64,000 nt of DNA from Candidatus Bathyarchaeota archaeon (lineage in GTDB: Archaea; Thermoproteota; Bathyarchaeia; Bathyarchaeales; Bathycorpusculaceae): contig CAVRFW010000008.1 of the NCBI GenBank assembly GCA_963720565.1, positions 32,001 to 96,000 of the forward strand, in the 5' to 3' direction. Both the position numbers and the translations under genes were made by a program. Shown in pieces: positions 21,039 through 31,465 of this stretch. A model generated the notes under the pieces. That model searched no databases, was not told the DNA's origin, and saw nothing but the letters and a program-made list of their open reading frames with translations. Position 1 is the stretch's first letter. Each line of letters starts with the position of its first letter.

Positions 21039-22460
21039 TTAGTTTTTCTTCTCGCTTTTCGCCGTGCGGATTATGACTTTTTTGGCGTATATTTTTGCGT
21101 CCTTTAGGATTATCTTGAAACCGCCTGCCATTATTGGCAGAGTAGCTGCTGTTGCCACGGGCATCATTACGCCTTCCTCTTTTGCTTCTTCAGGTGCGGC
21201 CTCTTCAACTGCTGCTGTCTCGGCCCATCTTTTCACGACAGGGTGGTTCTTCTCTTTCAAGAAGGCCTTCAAGGAATCGATGTTTTGCGCGTCTTCCTCA
21301 GTAGCTATTTTGTCCACAACTTCTGCTGGTACGAATTCTTTTACGCGTTCCTTTACTTCTTTTGGCAACCAGACTACACGGTTCCATCCGTCGTCTGCTG
21401 CAAGGAACTTCTTTGAGCGCATATACTCGATTGACATTCCATGGAAACCGTCTATCTGCCGTCCGCCAGCCGTTGAGTCAGCGAGAGTCGAGAATGGCAG
21501 ACCGTTGACCGTCACACCTTTGAAGCTTCTGTTGACCACGCCAAAACCGTCGACTTCTGGAATGTAGAAAGCTACCGCTTCAAAGCAGCCGCATGAAGTG
21601 TGTGGATGGTCAAAAGCTGTGTAGAGCCAGACTTGGTTAACTTCGCCCAAAGTGCGTTTCTTGACAGTTTCGTTTATGCCTGAGAACTCGCCTTTTTCCG
21701 CGTTAATCAGTTGGCCTCTTTCAATGGCGAAAACTGGTCCTTTGGGATCTATTTGTGCTGATGCTCGGCCGTCAAACCAGCTGATTGCACCGCAATTGGA
21801 GTAGCGTTGAGGTGTGATGACACATACGTGGCTAGGAGCGAATGATTGGCATAGAACGCAACCGTAGAATTTGTCAACTTCCTCATCTTTGAGGCCTCTG
21901 GCTTTGGCGTCTCTTGTCTCGTAGGCTTGCATGGCTTCGGGATACATTTCTTGTACTTTGGCTGGGTCGGTGATGAAGGTTATCTGGACTTTTTCGATTA
22001 TTGGAAGTTCGCTCTTGAATAGTGTGTGAAGAACTTTGCCGATGTACTCGAAAGAGTTCAGGCCCTTCTGGAAGGCTTTCTTGCCTAAGCGCATCCAGAT
22101 GTCGTAGCGCTGGTTAAGGTGCATGAAGCCTTCGATGTAGTTCAGATAGCCGTGTATACGCCTTTCGATTACTCCTTCAAGCTGCGGGTCAAGCGTTGAT
22201 CCAGCGGCTTCTACTAGAATTCCAAGAGGTGAGACACTACCTTCTTTCATGTCTTTGATGTCAGGGCCGATTATCGTTACTTTTCCATCTTCAACTTCGT
22301 CTAGGGGTCTTACTTTGGCTAATTCGAATTTTTCTTTGACTGTTGGACCACCGAGTTCTACTTGCATGTCGTTTCTGCGGATGCGTTCGCCCTCGTATAT
22401 TACGCCAACATCTACTGGTATGTCTTTAAACATTGACATTTTTTTATTGTCCTCCTTCAA
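21039..22460 (-). CDS. cdhC: ACDS beta subunit (acetyl-CoA synthase)
   Basis: YEGERIR, ERRIH, CVLCQSFAPSHVC, HTSCGCFE A-cluster ligands; likely start about 22439 (MSMFKD). Confidence 0.97.
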   Translation of the reverse strand: MKEDNKKMSMFKDIPVDVGVIYEGERIRRNDMQVELGGPTVKEKFELAKVRPLDEVEDGKVTIIGPDIKDMKEGSVSPLGILVEAAGSTLDPQLEGVIERRIHGYLNYIEGFMHLNQRYDIWMRLGKKAFQKGLNSFEYIGKVLHTLFKSELPIIEKVQITFITDPAKVQEMYPEAMQAYETRDAKARGLKDEEVDKFYGCVLCQSFAPSHVCVITPQRYSNCGAISWFDGRASAQIDPKGPVFAIERGQLINAEKGEFSGINETVKKRTLGEVNQVWLYTAFDHPHTSCGCFEAVAFYIPEVDGFGVVNRSFKGVTVNGLPFSTLADSTAGGRQIDGFHGMSIEYMRSKKFLAADDGWNRVVWLPKEVKERVKEFVPAEVVDKIATEEDAQNIDSLKAFLKEKNHPVVKRWAETAAVEEAAPEEAKEEGVMMPVATAATLPIMAGGFKIILKDAKIYAKKVIIRTAKSEKKN

Positions 22461-22986
22461 ACTTTGAAGTCATGACTGTGAGATTGTTCGCCCACTCTTC
22501 CAGAGAGGCATTTGGGAAAGACCAACTTGCGTGAGCGTGGAACAAGTTGTCCAGAGTTATGGTTTTGAGGTCTGGAGCGAAGTGTTTGAGCCCACAGATA
22601 ATCAGTCCCTCCATGTAGTAGGGCATACCTACGAACAATGCTAGGTCGTATGGTCCTTTGCCGTCTAGTCCTTGCCATTCTGGGTCTACAAGCCTGTTGC
22701 CTATGTCCATTGCGGACATGAAGCCAGCCGGGGTGTAGCCGCGTTTAAGGAATTCGCCTACCATGTGGGCTGTAGCGACGACTGGAACTTTGGATGCTCT
22801 TGCGAAGTCAATGAGGTATTCGATGAGCGGTTTGCCTTCCATGAATCTTTCAACTGCGTAGCTTCCGACCACGAGAATTGGGCGTTTGGCTCTTTTCACC
22901 ATGGCGACTACTATTTCTGGTTTCTGAATCGCGTTTGCTTTCTTTGTGGCTGCTATTTCGGCACATTGCCAGGGTTCACATGACAT
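22444..22986 (-). CDS. cdhB: ACDS epsilon subunit
   Basis: KRAKRPILVVG, WQGLDGKGPYDL, LKHFAP; position in the cluster. Confidence 0.95.
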   Translation of the reverse strand: MSCEPWQCAEIAATKKANAIQKPEIVVAMVKRAKRPILVVGSYAVERFMEGKPLIEYLIDFARASKVPVVATAHMVGEFLKRGYTPAGFMSAMDIGNRLVDPEWQGLDGKGPYDLALFVGMPYYMEGLIICGLKHFAPDLKTITLDNLFHAHASWSFPNASLEEWANNLTVMTSKFEGGQ

Positions 22987-22992
22987 TCATTA

Positions 22993-25341
22993 TCACTCCT
23001 TGATTTTTCTAATCATTCTTGGAAGCAAGGTCGGATCCGGAATCACGGTTTCTTTCCAGCCTTTTTCATCAAGTATCTTTGTTATTTCATCTTTCATGGT
23101 CATCGGCACATCTGCCATGGTGCGTACGAATCGGTGCACGTCTTCCGGCATGACTCCGTAGAGACGCTTGCTCAGGTCAATATAGTGTGAGAGTTTGATG
23201 CTGCGTCCTTTCCAGGTGTCGTTCGGTCTGATGCATAATTTCGCGATGGCAACCATGGCTTCTTCAGGCGTTTCAACGGTTTGGAACAAGTGTTCAGGTG
23301 CAGGACCGATGTTGACTTTGTCGCCTGTGCGGGCGTCGTAGACTTCCCAGTCTTCGGGCTTGTCTTCTCTGCCAAGGAGCATTCGGCGATATTTGCTGCC
23401 ATGTGGGCCGACTAGGACTGGAATTCCTAAGCGCCAGAATCCTGCTGCAATAGCTGCGGCTTTCTGTGAATATGCGCCCCATGCTAGACCTACTGCGCCA
23501 ACGCGGTTGTATATGTAATCTGCTATTTCTTCGTAGTTGCCTCGGAGGCTGCGTTTAGCGAAGATATTTGCCACTTTAATGGCTGCGCCTGCAATGTGCG
23601 CGTTGCTGACACAAGAACCCGTATTAAGTACGCCTCCAGCTTCGAAGCCACCAGGGAATTCCTCATAAAGACCCTGACCGTCCGAATTCTTATAGGAACC
23701 TGCTGACATGGCTGCACACCCTGAAGTAACTACGATGTAACGTCTTTTTGCAAACTCTCTGCATATGTCATAGACAGCCTTGCCGCCTTTCGGGTAGTTG
23801 CTGCATCCTACGACAGCAAGAATACCTGGGATTTCCCCGAGAACGATTGGGCTACCAACATTTCGGATTTCTGTGTCTTGAACAGCTCCGCGACCGCAAC
23901 GACACAAGTTCGTTTCTTCGGTCATTTGTTTTTCTCCAGCTTTCACAATGAAGCTGTGTATCATAAGTTCCTCTGGACATGCTTCTTCACAGCGTCCACA
24001 TCCGATACAGTATTCGTACAAGTCTGTCAGTTCAGCCATTGACCCCTCCGCTGCTGCTTTCAGGGCTTGCGGTATTTTGAGGTCTTGAGGACATGATCTT
24101 CGGCAAAGGTTACATTGTTTGCAGGTTTTGGCAAGGCTCTTGATTTCCTGAACTTCTGGGAGATTCTTGAATTTCTTGCGAATTGGCTCCATCTTTTGAG
24201 CGACTTTAACCGCAACCTCCCCAACTTTGTCTGGGTCAAGAATCAGGACACCAGGGACTTTGCCACTTACTAGGTCGGCAACTATTTCGTCTGCGGGGTC
24301 GTTTGTGCGATTCTTGAAGCCCATGCAGTTTTTCTCTGATGCAGCTATAACCGGGGCTCTAGCACGAGTTGCTTCGTCGGCAACATCTGTTCTGACGCAT
24401 TGCTCGTCCAAAACCACTACATCAGCAAAACCACTTCTCAAGAAACGCAGTTGCCAAGAGATTGGACCGACGATTCTTCCTCGGTTGTGGTATCTTGTGA
24501 TATCGTGCGCGGTGCAACACAAGCCAACAACCTCTATCTTATCATCTATTTTGTTGTCTCTTGCATAGTCAATAATTGCTATCGAGGGAACAACATTGTG
24601 ACCAATGCACATAACCACTGGCTTTGATTTGTCTACTGTTCCGATACCCAGTGAAACAAGAGGAGCTTCAGGTTCGGCTTTGGGAAAGCCAAGAGTGGAA
24701 ACCTGAGCGATATCGCCGACTTCCATTCCCACATGGTCAATCATACCAACATGGAATGCTTTTGATTCAAAATCTAAATTGTTACCTTCCTGCCCAGTGT
24801 GAGCAACAGCAACTGTCTGAGTAATTTGCTCTTCGGCGTATTCTAAGACTTCGTCCAAGTCTCCAAGGGTTTCAGGTTTTATGCCTGTAACAAGACGGGT
24901 TATGGGAGCTTCAACTTTCACGTTTAAGCCACCGATGTCCAAGGGATATCTTCGACCGTATTTGTCGATCAAGTGATGAAGCATGTGCCGAGCATGAGCC
25001 GTGTGAGTCGCGGCGCCAATGCAACAAGCTATGAGCACGATACGTGATGACTGGGCAGCCATGTCTAAGCCACAGGCGCCACGCTTTCCAGCTGTCAAAT
25101 CGCATTTGCCAAAAGTGCATAGACAGCACAAATCACAATCAGGCATGTAGAATGGTTTGTATCTGTTTAGGAGTTTTAAATCCCAATCTCTAAGGGTTGA
25201 GAGTGAAGGTTTAGGTGTGGGACCCATAGGTTCGGTCCAGCTGTCGTCGACAACTTTGCCGATGTTTAGTTCAAGATTTTTAATAAAACTAGTGTTGGTC
25301 TTCATTTCGCCTATTTTTACGCGCACATTTTTAGTGGTCAA
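22993..25341 (-). CDS. cdhA: ACDS alpha subunit (CO dehydrogenase)
   Basis: MGPTPKP, CDLCCLCTFGKC, GHNV, GLCCTAHD, two ferredoxin motifs, GSCVSNAH, SQKAAAIA. Confidence 0.97.
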   Translation of the reverse strand: MTTKNVRVKIGEMKTNTSFIKNLELNIGKVVDDSWTEPMGPTPKPSLSTLRDWDLKLLNRYKPFYMPDCDLCCLCTFGKCDLTAGKRGACGLDMAAQSSRIVLIACCIGAATHTAHARHMLHHLIDKYGRRYPLDIGGLNVKVEAPITRLVTGIKPETLGDLDEVLEYAEEQITQTVAVAHTGQEGNNLDFESKAFHVGMIDHVGMEVGDIAQVSTLGFPKAEPEAPLVSLGIGTVDKSKPVVMCIGHNVVPSIAIIDYARDNKIDDKIEVVGLCCTAHDITRYHNRGRIVGPISWQLRFLRSGFADVVVLDEQCVRTDVADEATRARAPVIAASEKNCMGFKNRTNDPADEIVADLVSGKVPGVLILDPDKVGEVAVKVAQKMEPIRKKFKNLPEVQEIKSLAKTCKQCNLCRRSCPQDLKIPQALKAAAEGSMAELTDLYEYCIGCGRCEEACPEELMIHSFIVKAGEKQMTEETNLCRCGRGAVQDTEIRNVGSPIVLGEIPGILAVVGCSNYPKGGKAVYDICREFAKRRYIVVTSGCAAMSAGSYKNSDGQGLYEEFPGGFEAGGVLNTGSCVSNAHIAGAAIKVANIFAKRSLRGNYEEIADYIYNRVGAVGLAWGAYSQKAAAIAAGFWRLGIPVLVGPHGSKYRRMLLGREDKPEDWEVYDARTGDKVNIGPAPEHLFQTVETPEEAMVAIAKLCIRPNDTWKGRSIKLSHYIDLSKRLYGVMPEDVHRFVRTMADVPMTMKDEITKILDEKGWKETVIPDPTLLPRMIRKIKE

Positions 25342-25385
25342 TATGGAACCTCCGTAAAGGTTTCGATTAGTACCAACAAGACAGT

Positions 25386-25400
25386 CTTTTTAAACTTTTC
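25386..25400 (-). promoter_or_regulatory. Putative BRE/TATA promoter of the cdh operon
   Basis: Minus strand gaaaag-tttaaaaag upstream of cdhA; cggaggt SD-like sequence before the start. Confidence 0.5.
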
Positions 25401-25484
25401 CAGAAGCCATAAACAAAAGCTATGATGGGTGAATCGAAAAGGAGTCTAAGTCGGAAGAATGTGAAAGTTGCAGACGCCTTGGAT

Positions 25485-26249
25485 TCACATATAGCCTGCG
25501 GCTTTCAAAATCTTTTTTACAGAAAGATACGCTGGGTTGTCAGAGGGCAGATCAAGCAAGGACTTGCCGGTAAGAACATAATCGTCTAGTTGCTCGTCGG
25601 CAAATATTTTTCCGAGATACTTGAACTTCAATTCGGTTTCTGCTTTGCTACCCAGATTTGCAGGGAATCTATAGCCACCTACGAGGTAGAAATTCTCAAA
25701 CGTCATATCAACCTCTTTGGCAATCCGGTGCGCTCGTCTAACGTGATCCAATGATTTCTTTGAGTGGTCTAGAATGTCAAGAATGTCATCGACTTTTGAT
25801 GTGATGCGCCTGTTAAGATGCTCAAGGCCGGCAGGGGAGTCAATCAAAACATACTTGTAGTTCTTGGTCAAAGATGCTAGTGCTCCTTTCAGGGCGGAGT
25901 TTGGCATGCAGTAGCAACCTTCGACCCATTTTGTGCCTACAGCTAGAAAATCGAAGTTGGGGCTTTCAAACAGACCGTTACTCCATATCTTGCTCTCTAT
26001 CCTTTCAGTTGGCGCTACTCCTACAGTTGTACCTCCTTGCTCGATGAACGTGGTCACAAGCAGTTCCGAAATGGTTTTTTTGCCCGCTTCTCTAAGGTCA
26101 ATTCCAACCATTTCAGCGAGATTCTGGTCGGGATCAGCATCTACCAGCAGTAGCGGAGAGTAACCAGCTTCAACAAAGCTCTTTGCAACCAAAGCTACGA
26201 AACTGGATTTCCCAGTTCCTCCCCTTCCGATTGTTACGATGGTTTTCAT
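25485..26249 (-). CDS. cooC: CooC/AcsF-like nickel-insertion ATPase (paralog 2)
   Basis: GRGGTGKS, DADPDQNL, GCYC, DSPAGLEHLNR. Confidence 0.88.
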   Translation of the reverse strand: MKTIVTIGRGGTGKSSFVALVAKSFVEAGYSPLLLVDADPDQNLAEMVGIDLREAGKKTISELLVTTFIEQGGTTVGVAPTERIESKIWSNGLFESPNFDFLAVGTKWVEGCYCMPNSALKGALASLTKNYKYVLIDSPAGLEHLNRRITSKVDDILDILDHSKKSLDHVRRAHRIAKEVDMTFENFYLVGGYRFPANLGSKAETELKFKYLGKIFADEQLDDYVLTGKSLLDLPSDNPAYLSVKKILKAAGYM

Positions 26250-26285
26250 TCAAACAACCTCTAATCATTATGTGCTAATTCAATT

Positions 26286-27065
26286 TTAGATGCTCTTTTT
26301 AATAAACGCCTCGCATAGCCCGTCGATGACTTCTACGGCTTCAATTTCTTTTTTCATAAGAGGTGTTTCTCCGCGCATATCCGCGTCAGTCACTCTTGGG
26401 TCAAATGGGATGAGAGTGAGGAGGGACAGACCGTTTTTCTCAGCGAAAGTGCGGATAGCGGTCTTCTGAGCTTCATTCATAACCCTATTCCCAACAAGAT
26501 AGAGCTGCTTCATTTCAGCCTTTGAGGCTAGGTCATAAATGTGCTTGGCAATCTCCAGAGATTTTAAATTTGAGTCAGCCACTATGAGCAAGGCGTCCAC
26601 CTGTTTTGCAGTACCTCGACCTATATGCTCCACGCCCGCTTCCAAATCTAAGACAACAGCTTCATTTCTGTCGACTATCAAATGGCGCAGGAGAGCTCTA
26701 ATAACAGCGTTTGGAGCGCACATACAACCCGATCCCATCGACTTCACCGTGCCCATTACAATCAAATTCACGCCAAAAGGAGTACTTACAGAATATTCGC
26801 GGACTATATCGTCAACTGTAAATGATAAGCGGTAAACTCCTGAATAGCCTGTGCTTGTCTTGGAGTCAACCAACTCTTTGTTTTCCGATATGGGTACTAT
26901 CTTACGGGCTTCTTCAGCGGATAAGCCCAAGGTTAAGGCAAGATTCGGTGAAGAATCAGCGTCTATTGCTATAGTTTTTAATCCTCTCTGAGCGAAACCG
27001 CGCGCAAGACCCGCTGCAATCAGGGTTTTGCCGACTCCACCCTTACCGGAAACTGCAATTTTCAT
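26286..27065 (-). CDS. cooC: CooC nickel-insertion ATPase (paralog 1)
   Basis: SGKGGVGKT, DADSSPNL, GSGCMC, DLEAGVEHIGRG. Confidence 0.92.
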   Translation of the reverse strand: MKIAVSGKGGVGKTLIAAGLARGFAQRGLKTIAIDADSSPNLALTLGLSAEEARKIVPISENKELVDSKTSTGYSGVYRLSFTVDDIVREYSVSTPFGVNLIVMGTVKSMGSGCMCAPNAVIRALLRHLIVDRNEAVVLDLEAGVEHIGRGTAKQVDALLIVADSNLKSLEIAKHIYDLASKAEMKQLYLVGNRVMNEAQKTAIRTFAEKNGLSLLTLIPFDPRVTDADMRGETPLMKKEIEAVEVIDGLCEAFIKKSI

Positions 27066-27431
27066 ACGTTCTCAACATGAAAAGGTTCTTTGTTAAGGTT
27101 TATTTACATTTCCATCTGAAGCAAAGACATGCTTTAGATTGATTTGTTCATTCTGAATTAGTTCTCTTCAACATCCTCTCAGGATTACTGAACCAGTTTC
27201 AGTCTGTTTCGATTATGTTCCAGTAACAGAACTTACATTCGAAAGCTATTCTCCCCAACGAGTCTGACCAGCTTTGTCAAATCAAGAGGTAGAGTTTTCA
27301 ATGTACTTATGATAATTAGAAGGCTTGTTTGGCAGCGAAGAAAAATGAGCAAGCAGAAATGGAAACCAACTTCATGCGGGCACAAACACTAGACAAGAAG
27401 GCAAACCCATTCGATTTGATTAAATCTTAAC

Positions 27432-28181
27432 CTACTCTATCAGCAGAAGAAGAAGCATCGGGACCACTCCACAAATGATAGAGGCCAGCTGCAATGCGGC
27501 TTTTTTTGGTTCAGGGGCGTCTTTGCGAATTTCCGGAATTAGATCCGACCCTGCGATATAGATGAAGTTACCCGCAGCAAAAGGTATCAATAATGGTACG
27601 AAACCTTCTATGGCTGAACCCACAACAAAGGCGATCATGGCACCAAGTATCGCCGTCAACGCAGTCAGGAAGTTGAACATCAATGCTTTTCTCTTATTGA
27701 ACCCACCATAAATCAGCACACCGAAGTCACCAAGTTCTTGAGGTATTTCATGGAATATAACGGCTATAGTTGTCGCTATTCCCAAGGGAATGCTGGCTAT
27801 GTAGCTGCCACCTACTATTAGCCCATCTATTAGATTGTGAACTGCATCTCCGAAGAGATTCATGTACGCAAAGGAATGCGGATGCTCTTCAGACGTTGGA
27901 ATATGGCAATGCCTCCACTGTAAAAAGCGTTCTACAGCAAAAGAAGAAAGAATGCCCAGAATGATAACGAGGGAGGAGGTAGTTTGGAAGCCAGTTTCCG
28001 CCATTGCCTCTGGAATGAGATGAAGGAAAACATCTCCAAGCAAGCCTCCGGCAGCGAAACTGACCAGGTAGATAAAGGCTTTTTTCAGCTTTTTATCAGC
28101 TAACCACATGGTCAGAACGCCAGCCATGGAAATGGTGCTGATAACTGTTACGCTTAATAGGCCTATTATCCAGGCTTCCAT
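27432..28181 (-). CDS. ZIP-family divalent metal transporter
   Basis: FAAGGLL, HLIPEA, His-rich loop WRHCH...HPH, HNLIDG, HEIPQELGD. Confidence 0.93.
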   Translation of the reverse strand: MEAWIIGLLSVTVISTISMAGVLTMWLADKKLKKAFIYLVSFAAGGLLGDVFLHLIPEAMAETGFQTTSSLVIILGILSSFAVERFLQWRHCHIPTSEEHPHSFAYMNLFGDAVHNLIDGLIVGGSYIASIPLGIATTIAVIFHEIPQELGDFGVLIYGGFNKRKALMFNFLTALTAILGAMIAFVVGSAIEGFVPLLIPFAAGNFIYIAGSDLIPEIRKDAPEPKKAALQLASIICGVVPMLLLLLIE

Positions 28182-28279
28182 TAATTATCACGAATAGCAA
28201 ACGCACGCGGAGTTATTAAGTCTTGCCAATTTCCTATTATATTATACATATTTAAGAGAGATATCTTAATAAGATAACT

Positions 28280-28666
28280 ATGAACATCTTGAGCGTTTCA
28301 ATTCCGAAAAGCCTGTTGGAGAAGGTTGACAACTACATAAGCGAGCAAGGTTTCGCGAATCGCTCTGAAATCATCAGACAAGCTCTAAGAGCCTACATGG
28401 CTGAAGGCCTAAAACTCGGTGAGCTCCAAGGAAAAATCACAGCTACAATAACAATCATCTATCAAAAAGGGGCTAGGGCAGGAAAGATACTGGACATTCA
28501 GCACAAGTACAGTAGTTTAGTCTTAACATTCCTTCACACACATGTGGAAGAAGCTTATTGCATCGAAATCATGGTAGTCAAAGGAGACGCCCAAGTCGTG
28601 AAAGCTTTCGTATCGGCCTTGAAGGCAAATAAACAAATCTCAGAGGTCAGAGTTACGCTTTTGTAA
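28280..28666 (+). CDS. nikR: NikR-family ribbon-helix-helix metal-responsive regulator
   Basis: SVSIP...NRSEIIRQA RHH domain; QH...HTH...C nickel ligands. Confidence 0.85.
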   Translation: MNILSVSIPKSLLEKVDNYISEQGFANRSEIIRQALRAYMAEGLKLGELQGKITATITIIYQKGARAGKILDIQHKYSSLVLTFLHTHVEEAYCIEIMVVKGDAQVVKAFVSALKANKQISEVRVTLL

Positions 28667-28924
28667 AGAAGCCACGACCAGAAAAAAGGGCTACATCGAA
28701 CAAACCTCGCTATGATTGAAGCCCATTGTTAATCTCAGAGTTGTATGCTGACAAAGGCTCAGCTTCTTAGGCTCAAAGAATTGACTATTTTTCGCGTAGA
28801 ACTTTAGGTTTGTACATGAGCTTGTGGAAAAAATAATGATAGAACCAAAATAGAGAGGCGTCGCACTCATGCAAAAGATATTTTAGTCCAGACCTATCTC
28901 ATCATTACCCAAGATGATGTCTCT

Positions 28925-29650
28925 ATGAAAATATTAAACGAGTTTGTTCCAACACGCAAATTTCTGAAGCTAGCGGAAGAAATCAACGGTCTGGTAGACG
29001 GATGGAACGTAACTGACAGCGCAGCTGGATTTCCAGCGCCCAGCGGCACAGTTGTAAGCTGCATTCTCAAGTCTAAGTACCCTGAAAAAATAGTCGTGCC
29101 GATATTCATACTGCACTACAAGGGTCCGGTTGAAGTGGGAGGCTTGGCTTTAGCGTCAGACATAATTGGTCTCGACGGTTTGGCAGTGACCATGGGTGAC
29201 AACCCGAAGTACGGAGAACCGATAAAAATGCTAAAGTCATCCGAAGAAGCCCGAGACTTCCTACGCACATCAGTGAAACTTAAGAATCTAAAGCTAGGCT
29301 GCTTGTTGACAGCACGACGATCTGTGGAAGAGACCCTAGAACGCGTAAGGGGCGCTTGGGACTTTATCTACTTCATGAGGCTAGAAGAAAAAACTTTTCC
29401 GATACTGGAGCAAGTCGCTAAGGAATGCAAACGACTAAACAAGCCAATATACTCTTACTTCCTGGTGGGAACGCCTAAGAACGTGGAAACTGTGAAGATG
29501 ATTGGTTGGCCAGTCACCACAACTATGGACAAAGTGGAAGAAACCGCTGCAAAATTGGACGGCCTCGTCGACGGCATAATAGCAACATGTGCTGGAGATG
29601 CTGAAGGCGACAAAGAGATGCTGCAAAAACTGCAGAAATTCAGAAAGTAG
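28925..29650 (+). CDS. Short MetF/methylenetetrahydrofolate-reductase-like TIM-barrel protein
   Basis: NVTDS, LAVTMGDNPKYG; 241 aa, divergent. Confidence 0.6.
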   Translation: MKILNEFVPTRKFLKLAEEINGLVDGWNVTDSAAGFPAPSGTVVSCILKSKYPEKIVVPIFILHYKGPVEVGGLALASDIIGLDGLAVTMGDNPKYGEPIKMLKSSEEARDFLRTSVKLKNLKLGCLLTARRSVEETLERVRGAWDFIYFMRLEEKTFPILEQVAKECKRLNKPIYSYFLVGTPKNVETVKMIGWPVTTTMDKVEETAAKLDGLVDGIIATCAGDAEGDKEMLQKLQKFRK

Positions 29651-29942
29651 AACGAAACCTTAACAGTATCTTCATAAGCGGTTCATCTTTCCTTTTTTCT
29701 TCATAATTGTGCGATTCAAGATTTTTTGGGAATAGGCGAAGAATACGCTTTAGAAGCATATCTTGCGACAATACCACCATTTTTTCTGCGACCCGAACCG
29801 AAAACCACAGATACAGTTTCCCAGTGAATGCTAAAGCAAAACAGGATTAACATCAGGCGCAACATTCTTCTTCCAGTATTGCAACCCTAACCCTTATCAA
29901 ATGACTTAATCGTGAACTCATAACAAGAGAAGAGGGGTCTGA

Positions 29943-30707
29943 ATGAGATCTGTAAACGTAATAGCCGTCGAAAACTTACCTCTTATAAAGAAGGGAGATG
30001 ACATTGCTGGACAAATTTTTGACGCCGCTAGAAAGCAGAAAACGCCTATACAGGAAAAAGATGTTATAGTCATAACCCACGTTGCTGTTTCGAAATCAGA
30101 GGGAAACGTCGTCAATCTTGATGAAATTTCTCCGTCGGCGAGGGCAGAAGAAATAGCGCGTCAAACGGGGAAGGATCCAGCGTTGGTCGAGGTAATTCTG
30201 CGCGAAACCAAAGACATCGTACGTTTAGGAAATAACAGCCTCATCACAGAGACTAAGAGCGGAATTGTCTGTGCGAATGCCGGGGTAGACAAGTCCAATA
30301 TTGAGGGCGAAAGGAACGTGGTTTTGCTGCCTGAAAACCCTGACGCTTCTGCCCAGAGAATTAGACACGAAATCATGAGGCTATCAGGTTGTGACGTGGC
30401 GGTAATTGTTTCTGATACTCACGGGAGACCCTTGAGAATGGGAGAGATAAACGTTGCAATAGGAGTAGCCGGATTGAAGCCAATAAGGGATAGACGCGGA
30501 GAAAAAGACCTGTTCGGATATGTCATGAAGATAAAGCAAACTGCAGTGGCTGATGAATTAGCATCTGCCGCTGAACTTGTTATTGGACAAACAAACGAAG
30601 GGATACCCGCAGCAATCATAAGAGGATATGACTATCTCGCAGACGAAAACGTCTCAGCAAGGTCGCTCACAAGACCGAAAGAGAAAGACCTGTTCAGAAG
30701 AACTTGA
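29943..30707 (+). CDS. cofE: Coenzyme F420-0:L-glutamate ligase
   Basis: SKSEG, CANAGVDKSN, SDTHGRPLRMG, DLFG, ADELASAA. Confidence 0.95.
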   Translation: MRSVNVIAVENLPLIKKGDDIAGQIFDAARKQKTPIQEKDVIVITHVAVSKSEGNVVNLDEISPSARAEEIARQTGKDPALVEVILRETKDIVRLGNNSLITETKSGIVCANAGVDKSNIEGERNVVLLPENPDASAQRIRHEIMRLSGCDVAVIVSDTHGRPLRMGEINVAIGVAGLKPIRDRRGEKDLFGYVMKIKQTAVADELASAAELVIGQTNEGIPAAIIRGYDYLADENVSARSLTRPKEKDLFRRT

Positions 30708-30756
30708 CATGAAGACTGATAACTTGAAAAATAGCTAATTCTCCAAAAAGAAAAGC

Positions 30757-31435
30757 ATGTTGACAAATATCAAGGGGAACAACACGACAAAGGAAACAAC
30801 GAAATCGATCAAAAGAATCAGCGGTGATTTAGCTGAAGCTGGAAGAAGACTTCATCGGACAAGGATTAGTTATAGGAAATAGCGGAAACATCAGCGCTCG
30901 TATACCGGGCACAAATACTCTCTTGATAAAGCCTTCAGGAGTTAGCCTAGAATCGTTGAAACCGGAAGAACTAGTTGTCGTAGACCTTCAAGGAAACAAG
31001 GTTAAGGGAAAAGCAGCTGTTTCTAAGGAAACACCCATACATACTGCAATCTACAGAACTCGAGAAGATGTTCAAGCGGTGGTCCACACGCACCCACCTA
31101 CAGCTACAGCGTTCGGAATAGCGAAGATGGAAATTCTTCCACTACAGATCGAGATGTTCATCCAACTTCCAAATGGAGTCCCCATTATCCCTTTTGAAAC
31201 CCCAGGCTCAAAAGCGCTCGCGGAGAAAATTCAGAAGAAAATTGCGAATTACGACGCTTTGATTCTGGAGAACCATGGAATTGTGACGATTGGCTCAACC
31301 ATTGAAGCAGCTTGCAACTTGAACTTAATGGTTGAGGAGGCAGCAAAAATCCAGTTTCTGGTAATGTCTCTGGAAGGCAAGACCGAAATGAATCTGGCTT
31401 CGCTGAAGAAAAAATTCAAAAAACAGAATCTCTAA
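30757..31435 (+). CDS. Class II aldolase/adducin family protein with an apparent +1 frameshift near 30858
   Basis: DLAEAGRRLHR in one frame joins QGLVIGNSGNISAR in the next; SKETPIH, HTHP, LENHG zinc motifs. Confidence 0.8.
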
Positions 31436-31465
31436 GAATAGCACAGTATGGAAGACGGATAAAAT

